A stretch of 61,138 nucleotides of DNA from an uncultured Verrucomicrobiales bacterium (GTDB lineage Bacteria > Verrucomicrobiota > Verrucomicrobiia > Verrucomicrobiales > DEV007), in NCBI GenBank assembly GCA_938091905.1, contig CALKOM010000095.1, positions 1-61,138 of the forward strand, read 5' to 3'. The position numbers were made by a program, and so were the translations under genes. Below are positions 50,350 through 58,900 of this stretch, in pieces. The notes under the pieces are model-generated. The model made no database searches and was not told the origin of the DNA. It worked only from the letters and a program-made list of their open reading frames with translations. Position 1 is the stretch's first letter; every line of letters begins with the position of its first letter.

Positions 50350-53300
50350 ACTGAGCCTTCTCTTGTCGGGGGATGTGCAAGGTAACTTCCTCAAGATCAC
50401 CCATAGGGCTTACCGTAATCTTATCAAGAACGGTTGCGTTCCAGTCCTCGAGATTGTTAGAAATCTCAACGACAGTCTCCATGCCAATTGGCCTTAGATA
50501 GCTTGCTTCGGTGACCTCTCCCGTCTCCATGACGGTTGTCCATTCTACGGTGGGCAAAGGCGGTTTCGTTTCATCGGCTTTGCCTGGGCTTGGACTCCCG
50601 GTGCCCCAACTCTCGACTTCCCTCCATTTGGATCGATCAGATTGAACGTCGATCACCTGCAAAGACTCTCCCTGACCGTCTGTTGACTCGAACCAATCAT
50701 CGCGATAGGCAAATGCCAGGATGCGATGTGGCCCGTCGAGCAATTCGAGGCGCTCGCCGCGATTGCTCAGGCTGGTAGCGGGGCCATACTCGCCAACAAT
50801 GGGTAGATCACTACCATAGTGCGATTCAAAAGCAGCTCGATTACGCACTACCAGAGCGTAGTCTCCTGCCACCATCGACGTCCCGTCTTCAAAGGAAAAA
50901 TCAATCCCGTCATCGAACGTCACTCCGGTAAGATCCAAGGGCTGATCACTCAGGTTGAGGAGTTCGATGAATTCAAGGTCACCGTCATCGGCGGGGTGAT
51001 AGTGCAGCTCGGTGATCCGCAGATGCTCGAACGGCGTTGGCTCCTTGGCTGTACTGGTGATGATGATAGAATCTGAACCCGGAGAGAAGAGAGAACCCAG
51101 ATCCTTGCCTTGGAAATCAACGGATTGCAGGCTGATCGTGTTTGCGCCGAAGACCAGGGGTACGCTGATTTCCCAAGTCTTGCTGGTGGTCCACGTCACC
51201 TCCAATGGTTCTTCCCTATCCGTGAAGCGAACGCTCCTAACATTCACCCACCCTTCGCCTTCGAGCGTTATTGAACGGGCCTCGGTCGACATCGACTCGC
51301 CTCCATTGGTTGTGATGGAGAAGCTGATCGGTGGAACCTCACTTCTTACGCGACTGCGAACGAAGTTGCTGCGACTTCGGATGTAACTCAACCGTCCAGA
51401 GAAGTTTTGATCGATCACATTTCCGTAGTGCGCCAACCACGGTTCCATATACTCGGGATTAAAGACGGTATCAACCATATCTAACAAATGACCATAATAG
51501 ATGCGCGTGTTGGTGGGGATGTCCATCACGCGACGCAGATTTCCTCCGGCCGATTTGATCGGGCCGGTAGCACTGCCGGTAAAGACAAAGTCCAAATCCC
51601 ATGGCAGCCCCACGACTCCACGACCTCCTTGCGGTACATAGAGGCGTAGATTGTGTTGTAGACCAGCATTCCACCAGGTATCGCCAATGCCAGACAAGTT
51701 ATGCATGGCGGCAGCACGCATCCAGGCATCGACATCCATGACTTCATCGATCTTGCGGCCTAACTGATCGTTTGGAAGGTCCATCGTCTTGCAGAAGTTG
51801 ATCAGTCCTTCGTAGTCGTCTGCGCGTCGCCCGGTACGCATTTCCAACGGCCAACGATACTGTTCCTTATCCTCCCCGAGATCCGCAAAGTCCGTCATGT
51901 CGCCATGCGAGAAGGGCACTGGTTTCTTCACCGATTCTCGACCTGAGGAGGCCGTGGTTGGATCATAGGTGATCTCCAGGTTGAAGACGGAACCCTTGCT
52001 GCCATTCTCGAACTGGGTGTTCGTGAAGGTTCGTCCGTAGCGCGCCATGGAGAACAGCGCCGTGCCCGTTCGTGTTCTTGTCGGCGAAACGATGTAGCCC
52101 AAGTCATCAAACATGTAGGGGATGCCCGCGCGATTGAACAGGTGCTTCACATAGATCTCATCCTGGTCACCTGGAGTTGGTGCGCGACCTGAGCGATCAA
52201 TACTGACACTATCATGAATCCCGCGATAAAGTTGTTCGGGTGGGAATCCGATATTGAAGCCCTGATAGAGAGCTCCGTCGCGTGCCCGGCCAGCCGGGCT
52301 GCCCTTCAAGCGCACGCCAGTGTTGTAGATGATCTCTCGATTGTCGACCAACACACTGCAGCCGAGGCGTTCATTGCTGATCAAATTGAGTTCATCAAAC
52401 ATGAAATCGAAATCGGCTTCCTTCATGATTAGCCGAAGTTCGTGAACGGGTAGGTCGGTGCTGCGCCCGTCATCGACGATGTAGAGCGCCCGTGAATTCG
52501 GTCCGGAAGCGGGGAAATGCGAGGCGACGCCTAGCGCATCCGTTCCTTCAACATAGAGCTGCACGACAGTCGCCGCGGCCATTCCTGGAATCTCTGCTGT
52601 GTAAATCCCGTCAGATTCTTCCATTGGCACCCTAATAAAGCCCGAATCCCCATCTTTGGCGTAATGGAGTGTGAGCAGTTCGATTCCATCGCTATCCTTA
52701 GCCTGCACAGAAACGCTCACGATTTCATCTGCCGCTGGCATGAGCGGCGAATGCCTGAATTCGGCGTAAGTTGGGCCAATGTTCTCGACGAACCGCGAAT
52801 TTTGCTCACCCGGCGTGCCTAAGTCGTTTGGAGTGGCCAGCTCAATCGTCTTTGCCAAACGCGCGTAGTAGCCGCGAATATTGAGTTGATTTGAACCGGC
52901 CACCCAACGGGCGCGCATGCTCACTTCATACTCGTCACCGTCGATCAGTTTATCTGAGAGGGTCGTTTCGACGTGGTTGTGCTTGGTGTCGGTGGCTCCG
53001 GAAGCACGGAGGTGGAGCACCATATTGTTAGGATCATCAGGATCTGGCACCGCCGTGGAATGCCGATGATTACCAACAAAACGCCAACGCTGTGCGGCAT
53101 CGTTATTGAACAATGTTCCCTTGATAGCACTATTAGGGATCAACTGGTTGGCCTCACCATTCGGGTCGTGAATGATTTTCACATCATCGACTAGGACTTC
53201 ACCGGCCGTGAGCATCCCAATGACCAACTCGTCCCAAATGTTGAGACCATAATTCTGCCCGGAATTCATGCGATAACGGATTTCTTGCCACTCTGCCTTA

Positions 53301-55165
53301 TTACATTCATTACTCGCCGCCCAGGCTTCAGCCCTGCTGTTATCAGCGTTAGGATCGCGTAGTTCCAAACTGGAACCACCACCATCAGCGTAGGCGGGCC
53401 AGCGCCCACCATCGTAATAGCGCACTTCATCGGCAGGATTTCCATGCTGATCCCGCAAGAGAATGTTCTCTCCACTGTTGTCGAGCGAGCCACGAAAGCC
53501 ATCGGCGCCACTGGCAATGACGAAGAAGCCGTTCGGCTTAATGATGCTGCCATCGGGGAAATCAAAGCGCACGGCCTCGTCCAATGTCCATCCTGACAAC
53601 TCCACTGCGGCGTCGCTTCGATTGTAGAGCTCGATCCATTCCTCCGAGTTGTCGCGAAATGGCAGGGCAGGCGCGCCTGGCTCTATCAGTTTGCCTAGAG
53701 ATACTTCAGCACTAAAGGCGACATCGCGGTCGAATGCTGAATTCTGATGGACTTCCGCAGCCAACACATTGGTGCCAATGCGCAGCCGATCTCTCGGCAC
53801 GATCACGGTTTCGCTCCATGCTGGGGCTTCAATAAGATCCACGGCCCGCGTACTGGACTTGATCTCACCTTCGGGCAGATTGAACCGTGTGATCTCTTCG
53901 CCATTGAGATACAAGACCGCTCCATCATCCACGAGATGGCGTAGTTGCAGAGTCTGCCCCTCAGCAATTGTGTTGATGTTAAAAGGCACCCGAAAGTAGT
54001 AGGTCGACTTCCCAATATTAATGGGCGTCGCGTCGCCTCGTTCTTCCGGAAGGGCGGTGTTGCCGCCTCTGAAGGGCGCAAGACCTTGACTCCACTCGGC
54101 GTCATCGAAACCAATCTGCCGCCACGCCTCGCCTTGTTGAGGCACGCCCTGCCAGAATCGCCATTGCGTGTCGCCATCGACAAGCGGTTGCTGCTCGAAG
54201 ACCGGGGGCTCTGGAGGCGATGCCGCTAGAGGGTAGGATCGATACATGATCTCGTTGATCACAATGGCATCGTTGAATGAGAACGGATTTGGTTCTCTGG
54301 GTGACGCCTCTGCAGGGAAGAGCCATCGCCCGGGATGATCGACGGATCGTCCACGGACGACGTCGTCGAGACGCACTGCACTCAGCACCTGTGTCTTGTT
54401 GGGCGAGTAGAGGCACAGTAGATCTCCCTTGTTCGTAGTGAAGCCTAACTGATCCCCTGAAACGATCACTGCATTACCTTCCGGCAGAACGACCTCGCGT
54501 TGACGATCGCCCGCAATGGCGACGACATGATCCTTGAGATCACCAGGCGACGTTTCCATCCAGAACGCCGTCGGATCGCCTGCTGGCGCTGTCTCTTCAA
54601 TCACTATGGGAAGCTTGGGCGTGTTGAAATTATCACTCCCCGGTGATCCGCCGTAGCGGAAACTTGCCGCCCAACTCTCGACGGTGGCGCTGTCGGTTTC
54701 CTGATGCAGCTTTGCTAGAGTCGCGCCCGAACCGTCGGCTGCTTCGGGCCAGGGCTCGCGGTCGTTGTAGTTGACGACGCTCATGACGCGATTGGCGACG
54801 TTGCGCAGTTCAATGCGTTCTCCTTGATTGGATAGGTTGCCCTCGAAAGGGCCTAACGCCTTCTCGAAGGCAGATCGAAGCCTCACTTTAGAAGGGTCCG
54901 CCGCCACCACAAGAAACTCGCTGGCTGCAATGGTTGTGTCCTTTGGGAAAGTATATTCGACAGCGCCCGTCAGTTGCCAGCCGCCTAGGTCCATGTCGTA
55001 AGACATGGTGTTGGCCAGTTCAATCCATTCAGTCTGGGAGCCGTTCGCAGGATGATAGTGAATCTCGTTGATGACCGTGGTGGAATCTGCGTAGGCCGAG
55101 GCCAGGAGGATGGTGGTGGTGACTTTTAGTCGCCACAGTAGTGATACCAGGCTACGCCAGCTCAT
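50327..55165 (-). CDS. Lamin-tail-domain / CotH kinase-like secreted protein
   Basis: Several INEIHYHP...EWIEL.N lamin-tail units; CotH-like RLKGS, HNLRLY and LPWDLD; GGAGG RBS about 10 nt upstream of ATG 55165. Confidence 0.88.
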   Translation of the reverse strand: MSWRSLVSLLWRLKVTTTILLASAYADSTTVINEIHYHPANGSQTEWIELANTMSYDMDLGGWQLTGAVEYTFPKDTTIAASEFLVVAADPSKVRLRSAFEKALGPFEGNLSNQGERIELRNVANRVMSVVNYNDREPWPEAADGSGATLAKLHQETDSATVESWAASFRYGGSPGSDNFNTPKLPIVIEETAPAGDPTAFWMETSPGDLKDHVVAIAGDRQREVVLPEGNAVIVSGDQLGFTTNKGDLLCLYSPNKTQVLSAVRLDDVVRGRSVDHPGRWLFPAEASPREPNPFSFNDAIVINEIMYRSYPLAASPPEPPVFEQQPLVDGDTQWRFWQGVPQQGEAWRQIGFDDAEWSQGLAPFRGGNTALPEERGDATPINIGKSTYYFRVPFNINTIAEGQTLQLRHLVDDGAVLYLNGEEITRFNLPEGEIKSSTRAVDLIEAPAWSETVIVPRDRLRIGTNVLAAEVHQNSAFDRDVAFSAEVSLGKLIEPGAPALPFRDNSEEWIELYNRSDAAVELSGWTLDEAVRFDFPDGSIIKPNGFFVIASGADGFRGSLDNSGENILLRDQHGNPADEVRYYDGGRWPAYADGGGSSLELRDPNADNSRAEAWAASNECNKAEWQEIRYRMNSGQNYGLNIWDELVIGMLTAGEVLVDDVKIIHDPNGEANQLIPNSAIKGTLFNNDAAQRWRFVGNHRHSTAVPDPDDPNNMVLHLRASGATDTKHNHVETTLSDKLIDGDEYEVSMRARWVAGSNQLNIRGYYARLAKTIELATPNDLGTPGEQNSRFVENIGPTYAEFRHSPLMPAADEIVSVSVQAKDSDGIELLTLHYAKDGDSGFIRVPMEESDGIYTAEIPGMAAATVVQLYVEGTDALGVASHFPASGPNSRALYIVDDGRSTDLPVHELRLIMKEADFDFMFDELNLISNERLGCSVLVDNREIIYNTGVRLKGSPAGRARDGALYQGFNIGFPPEQLYRGIHDSVSIDRSGRAPTPGDQDEIYVKHLFNRAGIPYMFDDLGYIVSPTRTRTGTALFSMARYGRTFTNTQFENGSKGSVFNLEITYDPTTASSGRESVKKPVPFSHGDMTDFADLGEDKEQYRWPLEMRTGRRADDYEGLINFCKTMDLPNDQLGRKIDEVMDVDAWMRAAAMHNLSGIGDTWWNAGLQHNLRLYVPQGGRGVVGLPWDLDFVFTGSATGPIKSAGGNLRRVMDIPTNTRIYYGHLLDMVDTVFNPEYMEPWLAHYGNVIDQNFSGRLSYIRSRSNFVRSRVRSEVPPISFSITTNGGESMSTEARSITLEGEGWVNVRSVRFTDREEPLEVTWTTSKTWEISVPLVFGANTISLQSVDFQGKDLGSLFSPGSDSIIITSTAKEPTPFEHLRITELHYHPADDGDLEFIELLNLSDQPLDLTGVTFDDGIDFSFEDGTSMVAGDYALVVRNRAAFESHYGSDLPIVGEYGPATSLSNRGERLELLDGPHRILAFAYRDDWFESTDGQGESLQVIDVQSDRSKWREVESWGTGSPSPGKADETKPPLPTVEWTTVMETGEVTEASYLRPIGMETVVEISNNLEDWNATVLDKITVSPMGDLEEVTLHIPRQEKAQYVRIVVK
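55113..55136 (+). repeat. Single REP, family A, inside the signal-peptide coding region of the CotH gene, just 3' of the RAYT
   Basis: 55112-55140 is identical to 50257-50285 (29 bp). Confidence 0.92.
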
Positions 55166-55832
55166 AGATTGCTTCCTCCGATAATCGGTAATCTCTTTGC
55201 TTCAGGGTTGCCTTTTCTGGATTCGCTCGAATGTCCTTTTGAAAACGCTCCAACTGATTCACGTCGCGCACGATGTGGTCATAGCTTTCGCGTTGCAAAA
55301 GCGTACCGTTAGTTCTCAATGAGCGATTGACCTCCTTGGCTGAATAACCTTTGATCGACTTCAGAACTCTCTCACACTCGTAGTCCTTCGTGGGCATCAA
55401 GAGCACGTATACATGATTGGGCATCACGACAACATCGCCCGTCCACACGCGTTTACCATGAAAGAATTCAAGCGCGAAGGCCTTTAGCTGCATCGGTTCT
55501 TTCTCGCGAAGGGCACAACAGCCTAATCCGCAATCCAATCGGAAGTTTAGGTTCTTGGCGATGGTGCGTTCAAACTCACGCTGTTTGTTAGGTGACAATT
55601 TAGCGAATTGGCTCTTCCAATCTGCCGCAGACGGAACAATGCCATTGCCGGTGAGCCTGCAGTGGCGTTCTTCTTTCAGCTTGAAAACAACACTTTGAGG
55701 GAGAGAATCTGCTAGTCTTAAGGTAACGAAGTAAGTGCAACCATCCTGACGCCAGTGGGGAAGATCGCCTGCGTCGTAGATTTTTACATCTCCTCGCTCG
55801 TCCAAGCCTCGAAACGGAATGGGATTGCTCAT
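55152..55832 (-). mobile_element. REP-associated tyrosine transposase (RAYT, Y1/HUH family) with degenerate catalytic motifs
   Basis: LPHWRQDGCTYFVTLRLADSLP, VVMPNHVY, SIKGYSA, QRESYDHIVR, DIRANP; flanked by REPs on both sides. Confidence 0.9.
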
Positions 55833-55834
55833 AA

Positions 55835-55902
55835 GTGGAGGTGACTTTTAGTCGCCTTAACTATCTAACTAAATTACTGAGGCGACTAAAAGTCACCTCC
55901 AC
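55835..55902. repeat. REP doublet, family A, perfect 23-bp inverted repeat just upstream of the RAYT
   Basis: GTGGAGGTGACTTTTAGTCGCCT (55835-55857) and its exact reverse complement (55880-55902), with a 22-nt spacer. Confidence 0.95.
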
Positions 55903-58900
55903 CAAATCCTATAATACCGCTGTCGATCCGCTACGGAATCAATCACCGAAGCCACGCCGTCTGCGGCGACCTCGATGGCATCGGCTCCGGGTAACATTTG
56001 CCAGGAATCTGGTTCCATCGTCTTTGAGAACTCGACGGTGTATTGAGCACCCACGTCGCCCACCCATGCCAAGTTGATGCCATCTGAAGAAAGGCCGATG
56101 GTGGGAGTAATCTCCATGGGCATGGCTCCGTAGACTTCGATTTCGTCAATCGCGATGGCCGGATTGGAGACCACAATTCGCACGCCGGTGGCGTTGACCG
56201 TTCCTTCGTCAAACGTATAAAGATGTCGCAAGAAACCGGTGAGCCCGCCGCCAATCTCCGTATCGTCGTTGGCACTCAGTTCTACTTTGCCGATCGTTCG
56301 CCAGGCACTCTCGGCACTGATGGTCGTATCGGTGGTGACCTGAACGACGTAGACACCCTGCCAACGATCATCGCACTGACCGCCACAAGCATCGGTTCCA
56401 GGATCAGAGTCATCAATAGCCCCGTTACCGTTGTCGCGTCCCCAAGCGATGGCGTTGATCTGCCGCATACCGCCAAGATCGATCCCCGCATAAATGATGT
56501 CGCCGGGAGAACCGATCCAACTGTTCGAGTTTCCGAAGAAGCCGTCGTTCAAATTCTCAGGGATATGGAAATCGAGTCCGCGATCGGCACCCAATGAACC
56601 ACTAGCAAACGCCGTGGCACCATTGCTGGCCAAGGCCAAATTGTCAGGCACGATGGAGCCATCCATCGGCGGCATGGGATCAAAGAATTCGCCGTCGGTT
56701 CCATCCCAAACGAGATCTGGATCCGCAATTCCGTATACTTCGATCTCATCAATGGCAATACCAGGATCCGACACCAGCAAACGCACGCCTGTTGCTCTGA
56801 CGCGATCACCATCGGCGGTGCCAAGGGCGTATTCATGGCGCAGGTACCCGGTGAATAGTTGGCCAGGCACAGCGTCAGCGCTTGCCGCAGGATAGTCGAT
56901 GGTGGCAACCGTGGTCCAAGTGCTCGCGCCGTCAGGATTGGCGTCCGTGGTTACTTGGAGTTCATAGGTGCCTGCCCAGCGATCATCACATTGGCCGCCA
57001 CAGGCGTCGGTTCCGGGGTTGGAGTCGTCAAAGGCACCATTCCCATTGTCCCTGCCCCAAGCGATGCTAACAATATCGAAACTGCCACCCAGATTCACGC
57101 CTGCATATATGGAATCTCCTGGGGATCCAATCCAACTGTTCGAGTTTCCGAAGAAGCCGTCGTTCAGATTCTCAGGGATATGGAAATCGAGTCCGCGATC
57201 AGTACCTAACGAACCGCTGGCAAACGCCGTGGCTCCATTGCTAGCCAAGGCCAGATTGTCAGGAACCAGGGAACCATCTGGAGGTGGCGTAGCATCAAAG
57301 TGATCACCATCGTTGCGGCCCCAACCCACGGTGAAACCTGCACTGGTGGAGATCACGGGTTCTGGCCCGGCCTCTGGATTGACCTCAAGCTCATCCACGG
57401 CTGTGCCGTTCGGAGGCACTACCAAACGAATGCCGGTCGCTTGGATAGCGCTGCCGTCGGCTGAGGAAACCTGATATTCATGCCGCAAATAGTTCTGAAA
57501 CTCACCCACGACGTTCTCGTAGTCGAATTCTGCGATAGTCGTCCATGAATCATCAGAAGTATCAATGTCAGGGTCGCCAACCGTCGTAAACTGCAAGGTG
57601 TAGAGACCGACGACACGATCTCGCAGCTGGCCGCCACAGCAGTCGTTGGTGTTGTTCCCATTGTCGCGGCCCCATGCCACGGAGGCCACATCGATCATTT
57701 GACCGAAACTCACTCCGATAAAGGGCGTCGAATCGTCACTGCCGTGGATCCAGCTATTGGCATTTCCGTAAAAGCCGTCGTTGATATTGCTGGCAACATG
57801 GAACTCGACGCCTAGCTCCAGCCCCAGATCACTGGAGGTGAAAGGAACCGCACCATTCGCTGCAAGAGCATCATTGGCGGGAGCGAGCGCGCCGTCTGGC
57901 GGCGCACCTTCATCAAAGAAATCGCCTTCATTGCCATCCCAGGTGGCGGCAAATCCTGCGGCAGGTCTAATAAAATCGTCAGGACCCTCTCCGTAGACTT
58001 CCAACTCGTCAATCGCCGTACCACCGGCTAGACCCGCTGTCGGTACCAAGAGACGGAGTCCCGTGGCTAACAAGTCACTACCACTTTCACGGGACACCTG
58101 AAACTCGTGCCTAAGGAAACTCGTGAATGCGCCGCCTATCACCAGGTCTTCGTTCACACGATAGTCAAACGTACCCAGCGTGGTCCAATCGTCGTCGGCC
58201 GTATCCGCATTTGGGTTAGGCACGGTCGTGATCTGGAGGGTGTATAGTCCGGCTGCGCGATCATCGCATTGTCCTCCACAGGCATCACTCCCCGGCGCAC
58301 TGTCGTCGACAGCGCCATTGCCGTTGTCGCGGCCCCAAGCGACCGAAGTGACTTTGATAGCCTTGCCAAAGTTCACGCCAATAAAGGGGTTGGCATCTTT
58401 ACTAGCGCTAATCCAACTGTTCGAGTTGCCATAGAGACCGTCATTGACATTCGCTCCTACGTGAAAGGCAACACCCAACTCCGGTCCCAAATCGCTAGAG
58501 CTGAAGGGCAAAGCGCCCTTGCCCAGCGACGCGAGATTCTCTGGCACGAGCGGACCATCTGGCGGAGCGGTGGCATCAAAGTGTTCGCCGTCATTGCCAT
58601 CCCACTCAATGACAAAGCCCTCCTCGGCACGAAAACCAAGTCCAGGAGGAATAAGCACGTCGCCAGGATTGTCTCGCAGAAACGTCACATCGTCTGGCTC
58701 GATCTCGACCTTGTAGAGTTGCACATCATCCACCGTTCCAATCATGCCAAACTGACCGGCTGTTGCTGCGATTTGCAGCGGTGACCCATTGCGATCATCA
58801 AAGCCACCAGATTCGAGATTCTCAAAGATCAACTCGCCATTCAGATAGACGCGCACTTCGCTTTCCCCCTCTACTTTGGGACCATTCTTGTCTTCGTGGG

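Noticed and set aside
50350..50400. Longest-ORF start of the DUF1549/1553 gene, and similar 5' extensions at 16792, 18164, 10328, 41786 and 60437
   Set aside because: They overlap neighbouring genes or precede better signal-peptide starts, so downstream starts were preferred.
55152..55832. IS200/IS605 TnpA insertion sequence
   Set aside because: It is longer than typical TnpA, has RAYT-type motifs (YFVT.RL.DSLP, QRESYDH), has no tnpB, and is flanked by GTRG REPs.
47459..55902. Family-A repeats as a CRISPR array
   Set aside because: The copies are inverted pairs kilobases apart with related spacers, there are no cas genes, and a RAYT is adjacent.
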